Shown here: positions 1-14,100 of the stretch, in pieces
How positions within the stretch are numbered: position 1 is the stretch's first letter
How the letters are laid out: the number at the start of each line of letters is the position of its first letter
Assembly: GCA_964016885.1 (NCBI GenBank)
Contig: OZ024744.1
Location: 44,454,001 to 44,518,000 of the forward strand
Direction of reading: 5' to 3'
Source: Eledone cirrhosa
Taxonomy: Eukaryota
Length of the DNA stretch: 64,000 bases
The notes under the pieces: model-generated
Database searches by the model: none
Seen by the model: the letters and a program-made list of their open reading frames with translations, nothing else
What the model was told of the DNA's origin: nothing
Made by a program: the position numbers and the translations under genes

Positions 1-80
1 TCGTAGCACCCGGCCGATTAACCCACTCGATATGCAAATTGGGCTACTCAACCGTTAATATGCATAAGGTAAATAAATAC

Positions 81-167
81 GTTCAACAATCTGGCAGGAA
101 GGTATACGTTGCTGACGATAGCTAATAAGCTTGAAACTAGTACATCGTTCCTTTGTCAGTGTTGAAC
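81..167 (+). ncRNA. Type I hammerhead ribozyme, first unit of the array
   Basis: ACGTTG-CTGACGA-T-AGCT-AATA-AGCT-T-GAAA-CTAG-TA^CATCGT. Stem I extends through AAGG/CCTT, CTGGCA/TGTCAG and GTTCAACA/TGTTGAAC. Predicted cleavage after 142. This copy has one U.U mismatch in stem I. Confidence 0.8.
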
Positions 168-1803
168 AAACGAGCAACGATGGTTGCTAGACACTACGGC
201 TTAATACGGGATGTTTGTTTACAAACGCACCGAGTATTATAATAAATGTTCGGTGAATCCATACGTGCATATATATATATATGTGTGCATGTATGTATAT
301 ATATATACATAGTACTGTACGTCTGTATACATATATGGATGTACGTGTACATACTTATATTTAAGTAACACTCGTACTAAGAGTGGAAAATGAAATTTCG
401 TTTTATTTTTTTTCCTTTTATCGTATTCGGTGCACCCAGCCGATTATCCCACTCGATATGCAAATTGGGCTACTCAGCCGTTAATATGCATAAGGTAAGT
501 ATATACGTTCAACAATCTAGCAGGAAGGTATACGTTGCTGACCATAGCTAATAAGCTTGTAACTAGTACAGCGTTCCTTTGTTAGTGTTGAACAAACGAG
601 CAACTATGGTTACTAGACACTACGGCTTAATACGGGATGTTTGTTTAGAAACAAACCGAGCATTATAATAAATCTTCGGTGAATCCATACGTGCATATAT
701 ATATATGTGTGCATGTATGTTTATATATGTACATACTACTGTACGTCTGTATACATATATGTAAGTACGTGTACATACTTATATTTAAAAACAGCCGTAC
801 TAAGAGTGGGAAATGAAATTTCGTTTCATTTTTTCCGTTTATCGTTTTCGGTGCACCTGGCCGATTAACCCACTAGATATGCTAATTGGGCTACACAGCC
901 GTTAATATGCATAAGGTAAGTATATACGTTCAACAATCTGGCAGGAAGGTATACGTTGCTGACGATAGCTAATAAGCTTGTAACTAGTACAGCGTTCCTT
1001 TGTCAGTGTTGAACAAACGAGCAACGATGGTTGCTAGACACTACGGCTTAATACGGGATGTTTGTTTACAAACACACCGAGCATTATAATAAATGTTCGG
1101 TGAATCCATACGTGCATATATATATATATGTGTGCATGTATGTTTATATATATACATACTACTGTACGTCTGTGTACATATATGTATGTACGTGTACATA
1201 CTTATATTTAAGTAATAGCCATACTAAGAGTGGGAAATGAAATTTCGTTTCATCTTTTCCATTTATCGTTTTCGTAGCACCCGGCCGATTAACCCACTCG
1301 ATATGCAAATTGGGCTACTCAACCGTTAATATGCATAAGGTAAATAAATACGTTCAACAATCTGGCAGGAAGGTATACGTTGCTGACGATAGCTAATAAG
1401 CTTGAAACTAGTACATCGTTCCTTTGTCAGTGTTGAACAAACGAGCAACGATGGTTGCTAGACACTACGGCTTAATACGGGATGTTTGTTTACAAACGCA
1501 CCGAGTATTATAATAAATGTTCGGTGAATCCATACGTGCATATATATATATATGTGTGCATGTATGTATATATATATACATAGTACTGTACGTCTGTATA
1601 CATATATGGATGTACGTGTACATACTTATATTTAAGTAATAGCCGTACTAAGAGTGGAAAATGAACTTTCGTTTTATTTTTTTTTTCGTTTATCGTATTC
1701 GGTGCACCCGGCCGATTATCCTACTCGATATGCAAATTGGGCTACTCAGCCGTTAATATGCATAAGGTAAGTATATACGTTCCACAATCTAGCAGGAAGG
1801 TAT

Positions 1804-1846
1804 ACGTTGCTGACGATAGCTAATAAGCTTGAAACTAGTACAGCGT
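1804..1846 (+). ncRNA. Type I hammerhead ribozyme core, fully paired representative copy
   Basis: ACGTTG CTGACGA TAGCTAATAAGCTT GAAA CTAG TA CAGCGT: 6-bp stem I (one G.U), 4-bp stem II, palindromic ACTAGT stem III, GUA cleavage triplet. Confidence 0.85.
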
Positions 1847-4800
1847 TCCTTTGTCAGTGTTGAACAAACGAGCAGCGATGGTTTCTAGACACTACGGTTT
1901 AATACGGGATGTTTGTTTACAAACACACCGAGAATTATAATAAATGTTCGGTGAATCCATACGTGCATATATATATGTGTGCATGTATGTATATATATAC
2001 ATACTACTGGAAGTCTGTATACATATATGTATGTACGTGTACATACTTATATTTAAAAACAGCCGTACTAAGAGTGGCAAATGAAATTTCGTTTCATCTT
2101 TTCCATTTATCGTTTTCGTAGCACCCGGCCGATTATCCCACTCGATATGCACATTGGGCTACTCAGCCGTTAATATGCATAAGGTAAGTATATATGTTCA
2201 ACAATCTAGCAGGAAGGTATACGTTGCTGACGATAGCTAATAAGCTTGAAACCAGTACAGCGTTCCTTTGTCAGTGTTGAACACACGAGCAACGATGGTT
2301 TCTAGACACTACGGCTTAATACGGGATGTTTGTTTACAAACATACCGAGAATTATAATAAATGTTCGGTGAATCCATACGTGCATATATATATGTGTGTA
2401 TGTATGTAGATATATACATACTACTGGAAGTCTGTATACATATATGTATGTACGTGTACATACTTATATTTAAAAACAGCCGTACTAAGAGTGGGAAATG
2501 AAATTTCGTTTCATTTTTCCGTTTATCGTTTTCGGCGCACCTGGCCGATTAACCCACTCGATATGCAAATTGGGCTACTCAGCCGCTAACATGCATAAGG
2601 TAAGTATATACGTTCAACAATCTGGCAGGAAGGTATACGTTGCTGACGATAGCTAATAAGCTTGAAACTAGTATAGCGTTCCTTTGTGAGTGTTGAACAA
2701 ACGAGCAACGATGGTTGCTAGACACTACGGCTGTATACGGGATGTTTTTTTACAATCACACCGAGCATTATAATAAATGTACGCTGAATCCATACGTGCA
2801 TATATATACATATATGTGTACATGTATATATATATATATACACATACTACTGTACGTCTGTATACATATATGTATGTACGTGTACATACTTACATTTAAA
2901 ACAGCCGTACTAAGAGTGGGAAATGAAATTTCGTTTCATTTTTCCGTTTATCGTTTTCGGTGCACCCGGCCGATTAACCCACTCGATATGCAAATTGGGC
3001 TACTCAGCCGTTAATATGCATAAGGTAAGTATATACGTTCAACAATCTAGCAGGAAGGTATACGTTGCTGACCATAGCTAATAAGCTTGAAACTAGTACA
3101 GCGTTCCTTTGTTAGTGTTGAACAAACGAGCAACTATGGTTACTAGACACTACGGCTTAACAGGGGATGTTTGTTTACAAACAAACCGAGCATTATAATA
3201 AATCTTCGGTGAATCCATACGTGCATATATAAACGTGTGCATGTATGTATATATATATACATAATACTGTACGTCTGTAGACATATATCTATATACGTGT
3301 ACATACTTATATTTAAGTAACAGCGGTACTAAATGTGGGAAATGAAATTTCGTTTCATCTTTTCCGTTTATCGTTTTCGGTGCACCCGGCCGATTAACCC
3401 ACTCGATATACAAATTGTGCTACTCAGCCGTAAATATGCATAAGGTAAGTATATACGTTCAACAATCTGGCAGGAAGGTATACGTTGCTGACGATAGCTA
3501 ATAAGCTTGAAATTAGTACAGCGTTCCTTTGTCAGTGTTGAACAAACGAGCAACGATGGTTGCTAGACACTACGGCTTAATACGGGATGTTTGTTTACAA
3601 ACACACCGAGCATTATAATAAATGTTCTGTGAATCCATACGTGCATATATATATATATGTGTGCATGTATGTTTATATATATACATACTACTGTACGTCT
3701 GTGTGCATATATGTATGTACGTGTACATACTTATATTTAAGTAATAGCCGTACTAAGAATGGGAAATGAAATTTCGTTTCATCTTTTCCATTTATCGTTT
3801 TCGTAGCACCCGGCCGATTAACCCACTCGATATGCAAATTGGGCTACTCAACCGTTAATATGCATAAGGTAAATAAATACGTTCAATAATCTGGCAGGAA
3901 GGTATACGTTGCTGACGATAGCTAATAAGCTTGAAACTAGTACAGCGTTCCTTTGTCAGTGTTGCACAAACGAGCAACGATGGTTGCTAGACACTACAGC
4001 TTAATACGGGATGTTTGTTTACAAACACACCGAGCATTATAATAAATGTTCGGTGAATCCATACGTGCATATATATATGTGTGCATGTATGTATATATAT
4101 ATAAATAGTACTGTACGTCTGTATACATATATGTATGTACGTGTACATACTTATATTTAAGTAACACTCGTACTAAGAGTGGAAAATGAAATTTCGTTTT
4201 ATTTTTTTTCCTTTTATCGTATTCGGTGCACCCGGCCGATTATCCCACTCGATATGCAAATTGGGCTACTCATCCGTTAATATGCATAAGGTAAGTATAT
4301 ACGTTCAACAATCTGGCAGGAAGGTATACGTTGCTGACGATAGCTAATAAGCTTGAAATTAGTACAGCGTTCCTTTGTCAGTGTTGAACAAACGATCAAC
4401 GATGGTTTTTGACAGTACGGCTTAATACGGGATGTTTGTTTACAAACACACCGAGCATTATAATAAATGTTCTGTGAATCCATACGTGCATATATATATG
4501 TGTGTGCATGTATGTTTATATATATACATACTACTGTACGTCTGTGTACATATATGTATGTACGTGTACATACTTATATTTAAGTAATAGCCGTACTAAG
4601 AGTGGGAAATGAAATTTCGTTTCATCTTTTCCATTTATCGTTTTCGTAGCACCCGGCCGATTAACCCACTCGATATGCAAATTGGGCTACTCAACCGTTA
4701 ATATGCATAAGGTAAATAAATACGTTCAACAATCTGGCAGGAAGGTATACGTTGCTGACGATAGCTAATAAGCTTGAAACTAGTACATCGTTCCTTTGTC

Positions 4801-6826
4801 AGTGTTGAACAAACGAGCAACGATGGTTGCTAGACACTACGGCTTAATACGGGATGTTTGTTTACAAACGCACCGAGTATTATAATAAATGTTCGGTGAA
4901 TCCATACGTGCATATATATATATATGTGTGCATGTATGTATATATATATACATAGTACTGTACGTCTGTATACATATATGGATGTACGTGTACATACTTA
5001 TATTTAAGTAATAGCCGTACTAAGAGGGGAAAATCAAATTTCGTTTCATCTTTTCCATTTATCGTTTTCGTAGCACCCGGCCGATTATCCCACTCGATAT
5101 GCAAATTGGGCTACTCAGCCGTTAATATGCATAAGGTAAGTATATATGTTCAACAATCTAGCAGGAAGGTATACGTTGCTGACGATAGCTAATAAGCTTG
5201 AAACCAGTACAGCGTTCCTTTGTCAGTGTTGAACACACGAGCAACGATGGTTTCTAGACACTACGGCTTAATACGGGATGTTTGTTTACAAACATACCGG
5301 GAATTATAATAAATGTTCGGTGAATCCATACGTGCATATATATATGTGTGCATGTATGTAGATATATACATACTACTGGAAGTCTGTATACATATATGTA
5401 TGTACGTGTACATACTTATATTTAAAAACAGCCGTACTAAGAGTGGGAAATGAAATTTCGTTTCATTTTTCCGTTTATCGTTTTCGGCGCACCTGGCCGA
5501 TTAACCCACTCGATATGCAAATTGGGCTACTCAGCCGCTAACATGCATAAGGTAAGTATATACGTTCAACAATCTGGCAGGAAGGTATACGTTGCTGACG
5601 ATAGCTAATAAGCTTGAAACTAGTATAGCGTTCCTTTGTGAGTGTTAAACAAACGAGCAACGATGGTTGCTAGACACTACGGCTGTATACGGGATGTTTT
5701 TTTACAATCACACCGAGCATTATAATAAATGTACGCTGAATCCATACGTGCATATATATACATATATGTGTGCATGTATATATATATATATACACATACT
5801 ACTGTACGTCTGTATACATATATGTTTGTACGTCTGTATACATATATGTATGTACGTGTACATACTTACATTTAAAACAGCCGTACTAAGAGTGGGAAAT
5901 GAAATTTCGTTTCATTTTTCCGTTTATCGTTTACGGTGCACCCGGCCGATTAACCCACTCGATATGCAAATTGGGCTACTCAGCCGTTAATATGCATATG
6001 GTTAGTATATACGTTCAACAATCTGGCAGTAAGGTATACGTTGCTGACGATAGATAATAAGCTTGAAACTAGTACAGCGTTCCTTTGTCAGTGTTGAACA
6101 AACGAGCAACGATTGTTGCTGGACACTACGGCTTAATACGGGATGTTTGTTTACAAACACACCGAGTATTATTATAAATGTTCTGTGAATCCATACGTGC
6201 CTGTATATATGTGTGCATGTATGTATATATATATATATACATACTACTGTACGTCTGTATACATATATGTATGTACGTGTACATACTTATATTTAAGTAA
6301 CAGCCGTACTAAGAGTCGGAAATGAAATTTCGTTTCATTTTTTCCGTTTATAGTTTTCGGTGCACCCAGTTGATTAACCCACTCGATATGCAAATTGGGC
6401 TACTCAGTCGTTAATACGCATAAGGTAAGTATATTAATGTTATTAAAGATATACTGTGAAAGGAAGTAGAAGAGTGGATGAGTTATGAATTTAGAGGAAT
6501 TATTTAGTGTTTAAGTTTGTTTTTATGTAATGTAATATGTGTGCGTAATTTTTGTAAATAGTTTGTTTATCAATGAGCGCAGAAAGCAAAGAAGACAATA
6601 ATGTTTAAGAAAGAAAAAATCTAACATGAAAATATATATGTTTACGAAATATTTTCTAATGGTAATAATATAATATAATAAAGAAGATTAGTTAGGGTTT
6701 GTTTTTATGTATTGTAATATGTAATATGTAAAAGTCAGACGAGCATGACAGGAAAAAAAATATAAGGAACTTAGGAGGAAAAATCTAACGTAAAAAAAAA
6801 TGTTTATGTTTACGAAGGATTATTCA

Positions 6827-7060
6827 GTGGATTGGCAGTATCGGTAGAGGGTCGGACGCCATGGTTTCCAGCATAGTTACGTCCCTTTACGATCTGAGTT
6901 CAAATCCCGCCGAGGTTGACTTTGCCTTTCATCCTTACGGGGTCGATAAAATAAAGTACCAGTAATGCACTGGGTAATTGCTGGCCTTGTGCCTAAAGTA
7001 GAAACAATTATTATGTACTGGGTAATTGCTGGCCTTGTGCCTGAAGTAGAAACAATTATT
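6827..7060 (+). mobile_element. tRNA-derived SINE with Nin/Deu-like core and duplicated 3' tail
   Basis: A-box-like TGGCAGTATCGG, B-box GAGTTCAAATCC, core GCCTTTCATCCTTACGGGGTCGATAAAATAAAGTACCAG. Tail ...GGCCTTGTGCCTAAAGTAGAAACAATTATT is repeated at 7013-7060. Other copies occur in the window. Confidence 0.85.
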
Positions 7061-7247
7061 AAATGTAATACTATAATGTATTTAAAAGGTAATAATAATT
7101 TTTATGGCCAATGATATGAAGAAAGATGGAAGAGTGGATATGTTGTGGTGAGTAATAATAAGAATTGAGAAGTAGTTAGGAAGAAAAAGTACAGATTAGA
7201 GGTTAGAAATTAAAATGGATGCAGTAAAAGGCAGTTAGATCATTATT

Positions 7248-7305
7248 CACCAGAGTCCTCGATACTTGGGGCAGTCAGGAGCTCAGCCGATGGGGTCCCG
7301 AATTC

Positions 7306-7310
<5 letters not shown>
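7248..7310. repeat. Fragment of the repeat family seen at 51310-51465, with an internal inversion
   Basis: CACCAGAGTCCTCGATACTTGGGGCAGT resembles CACCAAAGTACTCAATACTTGAGGTAGT (51310); GAGCTCAGCCGATGGGGTC resembles GAGCTCAGCTGTCGGGGTC (51433). Confidence 0.5.

Positions 7311-7366
<56 letters not shown>
7309..7366. repeat. (TA)n microsatellite
   Basis: Pure TA run. Confidence 0.95.
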
Positions 7367-7370
<4 letters not shown>

Positions 7371-7742
7371 TGATTAACGTATGCGTGCACTCTGAATAAT
7401 TGTTTCGTATTCCGAATACAAATGTAATTTTTTACGAATGACTTTTTACAGCAAGAGATAAAGGGAGAGAGAGACAGAGAGAGAACAAAAAGGAACGAGT
7501 ACTATTTACAGCAGAAACAGTTTGCATAATAAAGATATTGGCATGTTTGCGGGCGCATTGATAAACGAAACAAAACAAGGCTCTCTAATTACATTTGGTA
7601 TTCAAAAGAATAGCAGTATGAAGTGGGGGATTGTTGAATTGATCCAGACGAATTTAAAACGACAGTTAACCGAGAAGGGTTTCATACATATGATTCTTGA
7701 TGAAATGAACGGCTACGTTACTTCAACGAGCCACTCACTAAA

Positions 7743-7753
7743 CTCTCTCTCTC

Positions 7754-7825
<72 letters not shown>
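7743..7825. repeat. (CT)n microsatellite
   Basis: Near-pure CT run. Confidence 0.95.
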
Positions 7826-7830
<5 letters not shown>

Positions 7831-7989
7831 ATCCACACACTCCTCATGTCCCCTGTTTTACCAGTTAACCCCCAATTTCTACACCATTTTCCAGTGAGGA
7901 AGCTAAGTGGAAAGAGAAAGAACACACATACTATCACACACATTTCACATACATACAGCAGAGACACAGACACACATACATACCCATCA

Positions 7990-10880
7990 TACTACACCAC
8001 ACACACAAGCAACACTTCACACACACAACTCATACAACACAGCACGCATATAAAACATACATACACCACACACACAACCAACACACACCACACACCACAC
8101 ACACCACCACCACACACCAGAACCACACACCACACACCACACAACACCACACACCACCAACAAACACTCATCAACGCCACCACCAGCACAAAACACACAT
8201 CAACACCACCACCACCACCACACACCACACACCACACACCACCACACACCAGAAACACACACCACACACGACACAACACCACACACACTACACACCACCA
8301 CCAAACACACATCCACACACAATCACCACCACCACCACACACCACACACCACGCACCACCACGACACACCAGAAACACACACCACACACGACACAACACC
8401 ACACACACTACACACCACCACCAAACACACATCCACACACCACCACCACCACCACACACCACACACCACACACCACCACCACACACCAGAAACTCACACC
8501 ACACACGACACAACACCACACACACTACACACCACCACTAAACACACATCCACACACCACACACCACCACCACAGACCACACACCACCACACACCACCAC
8601 CACACACCACACACCACCACACACCACCACCACACACCACACACCACACACCACCACCACACACCAGAAACACACACCACACACGACACAACACCACACA
8701 CACTACACACCACCACCAAACACACATCCACACACCACACACCACCACCACAGACCACACACCACCACACACCACCACCACAGACCACACACCACCACAC
8801 ACCACCACCACACACCACACACCACACACCACCACCACACACCAGAAACACACACCACACACGACACAACACCACACACACTACACACCACCACCAAACA
8901 CACATCCACACACCACACACCACCACCACACACCACACACCACCACACACCACCACCACCACACAACACCACCACCACCACACAAACATCAACACCACCA
9001 CCACACACACACATCAACACCACCACCACACACAACACACCAACACACACCACCAACACACACCACCACCACCACACACCACCACTACACACCACACACC
9101 ACCACCACACATCACCACCACCACACACCACACACCACACACCACACACCACAACCACCACCACAATACACAAACACCACACAGAAACAGAACACACACC
9201 ACCACCACACGCCACCACCACTCACAACACACCAACACACACCACCACCAGACACCACCACCACCACACACCACCACTACACACCACACCTTACCACCAC
9301 ACACAACAGACCAACACACACCACCACCACACACCACCACCACACACCACCACCACACACACATCAACAGCTTCACCGCAAAACAGAAACACACCACACA
9401 CCACCACCACAACCACCACACACCACACACCAAACACCTCCACACACCACCACAACACACCACACACCAAACACCTCCACACAGCACACACCACCGCATA
9501 CCACCATCATCACACACCACCACACACCACCACACACCACCACACACCACCACACACCACCACACACCACCACACACCACCACACACAGTTCAACACCAC
9601 CACCACAATTCACAAACAACACACAGAAACACACCACACAAAAACACACCACACACCACCACCACACACCACAAACCACCACCATAACTACCACCAAACA
9701 CCACACACCAACATCACACACCACACACCACCACCACACACACCACCACCACACACCAACACCACACACCACCACACACACATCAACACACACCACTACC
9801 ACCAAACACCACACACCAACATCACACACCACACACCACCACCACACACACCACCACCACACACCAACACCACACACCACCACACACACATCAACACACA
9901 CCACCACCACCACACACACCACCATACACCACACACCACCACCATACACCACACACCACACACCACCACCACACACCACCACCATACACCACACACCACC
10001 ACCATACACCACACACCACACACCACCACCACACACCACACACCACCACACACAATTCAGAAACACCACACAGAAACACACCACACACCATACACATTAC
10101 CACAACACACCACACACCAAACACCAGCACACCACACACCACCACACACGATCACACACCACCACCACCACCACCACCACACACCACAAACCACCACCAC
10201 ACACCACCACCACACACCACAGACCACCACCACACACCAGACACCACCACCACACACCACCACACACCACCACCACAAACCACCACCACACACCACACAC
10301 CACCACCAAACACACCACACACCACCACCAAACACATCAACACCACCACCACAAAACAGAAACACACCACACACCAAACATAACCACACCACACACACAC
10401 CACCACACACACACACCACCACCACACAGAAACACACCATGCACCACCACACACACTACACACCACCACCACACACGACCCCCCACCAACAAACACACAT
10501 CACCGCCACAAAACACGCACACCACCAACATCAAACACACACACAAACCACTATACAGCACACACACACACCACCACCATCACACACACCACTACCACCA
10601 CCACTACACATACACTACCACCACCACCACCACCACCTCCACCACACACACACCACACACACACCACCACACACACCACACACCACCACCACACACCACC
10701 ACCACACGCACACCACCACACACACCACCACCACCAAACACACATCAACACCACCACCACCACAAAACACAAACACCACACCACCACACCACCACCACAC
10801 ACCACCACACACACACACCACCACCACCACCACACAAACACCACACAGAAACACACCACACACCACCACAATCACACACA
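7990..10880. repeat. CAC/CACA-rich low-complexity array with nested ~120-180-bp repeats
   Basis: Almost only C and A on the + strand. Block AGAAAC(A/T)CAC...CGACACAACACC...ACATCCACAC recurs near 8251, 8371, 8488, 8666 and 8844. Confidence 0.95.
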
Positions 10881-10927
10881 TACATAAAGGCCAAAGAAGA
10901 GGTTAGTAAGAAAGGGAGGTAACTCAC

Positions 10928-11062
10928 ATCCTAAATCTCCCCATCCAGCAGTGATACATGATTTATTATCAAATGTTTCCCCCTCCATTGCCAACGGAGC
11001 GTACTGTACACAATTGTCAGTTTTAATAGGGTTCCACAAGATCAAAACAGCGATGTCATTCT
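10928..11062 (-). CDS. S1 serine protease exon containing the catalytic Asp (NDIAVL...CITAGWG)
   Basis: Acceptor ttgtttcatttctctcc...ctcaatAG, then phase-1 AG plus 44 codons NDIAVLILWNPIKTDNCVQYAPLAMEGETFDNKSCITAGWGDLG, then T and donor GTGAGT. NDIA and GWG are canonical S1A motifs. Confidence 0.9.
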
Positions 11063-11164
11063 CTATTGAGTGGAGGTTAAACATGGAGAGAAATGAAACA
11101 ATTAAAACAATAAATATTAAATAAGAAAATGAATTTTGAACTTAATTTCAAATAGAAATAGTTT

Positions 11165-14100
11165 AATACTAGTGTTGGTAACTAACAGATGGTGTAATTT
11201 TATTATTCTAAGTAACAGATGATGTAATATTAATATTGGTAACTAACATATGGTGTCATACTAGTATTCTAGCTAGCAGATGGTGTAATACAAGTATTGG
11301 TAACTAACAAATGGTGTAATACTAGTGTTGGTAACTAACAGATGGTGTAATACTAGTATTGGTAACTAACATATGGTGTAATACTAGTATGCTAACTAAC
11401 CGATGGTGTAATACTAGTATTGTTAACTAACATATGGTGTAATATTAATATTGGTAACTAACAGATGGTGTAATGTTAGTATTGGTAATTAACAGATAGT
11501 GTAATACTAGTATTAGTAACTAACATATAGTGTAAAGCTAGTATTGGTAACTAACAGATGGTGTAATACTAGTATTGGTAAAATAATGGTGTAGTACTAG
11601 TATTGGTAGTTAACAAATTGTGTAGTACTAGTTTTGGTAACTAACAGATGGGTTAGTACTAGTTTTGGTAATTAACAGATGATGTAGTACTAGTTTTGGT
11701 AACTAACAGATTATGTAATACTAGTTTATGTAACTAACAGATGGTGCAGTTCTTCTATTCGTCGCTAATATATGTTGTAGTACTAGTATTGGTAACTAAC
11801 AGATGGAGTAATAGTAGTTTTGGTACTTAACAGATGATGTAGTACTAGTTTTGGTAACTAACAGATGATGTAGTACTAGTATTGGTAACTAACAGATGGT
11901 GTAATATTAGTACTGGTTACTAAGAGATAGTGCAATAACAGTTTTTTTAGTTTACAAATGGTGTAGTACTAGATTGGGTAGATAACAAATGGTTTAGTAC
12001 TATTATTGATAACTGCACATATGTTGTAGCACTAGTTTGGATCACTAACAGATGGTGTAGTATTAGTATTGATAACTAACATATACTGTACTACTAGTAT
12101 TGGTAAATAACAGATGGTATAATGGTAGTTTTTGGTAACTAACAGATGGTGTGATACTAGTATTGGTAGCTAACAGATAGTGAAATACTAGTATTGGTAA
12201 CTAAAATATGGTGTAATAGTAGTTTTCTAACTAACCGATGGTTTAATACTAATATTGGTAACTTACATATGGTGTAATACTAATATTGGTAACTAACAGA
12301 TAGTGTCATACTAGTATTGGTAACTAACATATAGTGTAAAGCTAGAATCGGGAACTACAGATGGTGTAATACTAGTATTGGAAACTAAAAGATGGTGTAA
12401 TACTAGTATTGGTAACTAACAGATAGTGTAGTACTAGTATTGGTAACTAATAGATGGTGTAATTCTAGTATTGGTAACAAAGGGATGGTGTTATACTAAT
12501 ATTGGTAATTAACAGATGATGTAATACTAGTATTGCAAACTAACAGATGGTGTAGTAATAGTATTGGTAACTAACAGATGGTGTAGTACTAGTACTGGTA
12601 GTTAGCAGATGCTGTAATACTAGGAGTGGTAACTAATAGATGCTGCAGAACTAGCTATGGTAAGTAACATAATGCGTAGTTATAGATTTGTTAGTTAACA
12701 GATGGTGTAGTACTAGTATTTGTAACTAACAGATAATGTAGTACTAGATTTGGTAGCAAACATATGGTCTGGTACTAATATTTGTAATTAACAGATGGTG
12801 TAATACTAGTATTGGGAACTAACATATGGTTTAGTACTAGTATTTGTAGTTAACATAAGGTGTATTATTAGTATTGGTAACTAACAGAAGGTGTGGTACT
12901 AGTATTGGTAACTAATAGATGGTCTAATACTAGTATTGTTAAGTAACATATAATGTAATGCTAGTATTGGTAAGTAATAGATGGTGTAGTACTAATATTG
13001 GTAAGTAACAGATGGTGTAAGAGTAGTACTGGTAACTAGCAGATGGTGTAATACTAGTATTGGTAACTAACAGATAGTGTAATACTAATATTGGTAATTA
13101 AATGAGGTGTAATGCTACTATTGGTAACTAACATATGGTGTAATACTAGTATTGGTAACTAACAAATTGTGTAGTACTAGTATTGGTAACTAACAGAAGG
13201 TGTAGTACTAATATGTATAACTAACATATAGTGTAATGCTAGTATTGGTAACTAACAGATGGTGTAATACTAGTATTCAAACTAACAGTTAGTGTAATAC
13301 TAATACTGGTGTGTAATAGATGGTGTAATACTAGTATTATTAACTAACAGATGGTGTAGTACTAGTATTGGAAACTAATAGATGGTGTAATACTAGTATT
13401 ATTAACTAACAGATGGTGTAGTACTAGTATTGGAGACTAATAGATGGTGTAATACTAGTATTGGTAACTAACATATAGTGTAATGCCACTATTGGTAATT
13501 AACAAATTGAGTAATACAAGTATTGGTAACTAACATATGGTGTAATACTAGTATTGGTAACTAACAGATGGTATAATGCGAGTATTGATATCTAACAGAT
13601 GGTGTAATACTAATATTGGTAACTAATAGATGGTGTAGTACTAGTATTGGTAACTAATAGTTGGTCAAAACTAGTATTGGTAACTAACAGATGGAGTAAT
13701 GCTAGTATTGGTAACTAACATATGGTCTAATACTAGTAATGTTAACTAACATATGGTGTAATACTAGTTTATGTAAATTAACAGATGGTATAGTACTAAC
13801 ATTGGTAGCTAATATATGATGTAGTACTAGTATTGGTAATTAACAGATGAGGTAATAGTAGTTTTGGTAGTTAACAGATGATGTAGTACTAGTTTTAGAA
13901 ACTAATAGATGATGTAGTACTAGGATTGGTAACTAATAGATGGTGCAGTAATAGTTTTGTTAGTTTACAAATGGTGTAGTACTGGATTGGGTAGATAACA
14001 AATGGTTTATTACTATTATTGATAACTGCACAGATGTTGAAGCACTAGTTTGTGTCACTAACAGATGGCGTAGTATTAGTATTGGTAACTAAACATATAC

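Larger units (their letters stand above)
1..6434 (+). repeat. Tandem array of ~423-bp units (about 15 copies, open at window start), each carrying a type I hammerhead ribozyme; retrozyme-like satellite
   Basis: CTGAC(G/C)A core starts at 112, 538, 959, 1383, 1810, 2227, 2643, 3068, 3488, 3912, 4334, 4755, 5179, 5595 and 6044 (spacing 416-449). Units are highly similar and each has a variable (TA)n tract. Confidence 0.95.

Noticed and set aside
1058-6325. Short ORFs (MFVYKHTEHY... and similar) in the tandem array
   Set aside because: Frames vary with (TA)n length between units and the products are low complexity.
7522-10927. His/Thr-rich and Cys/Val/Trp-rich long ORFs
   Set aside because: Translations of CT and CAC repeats that lack stop codons by composition.
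11063-11084. MFNLHSIE start of the 10872-11084 ORF
   Set aside because: Lies in the acceptor region of the intron; phase matching places the exon start at 11062.
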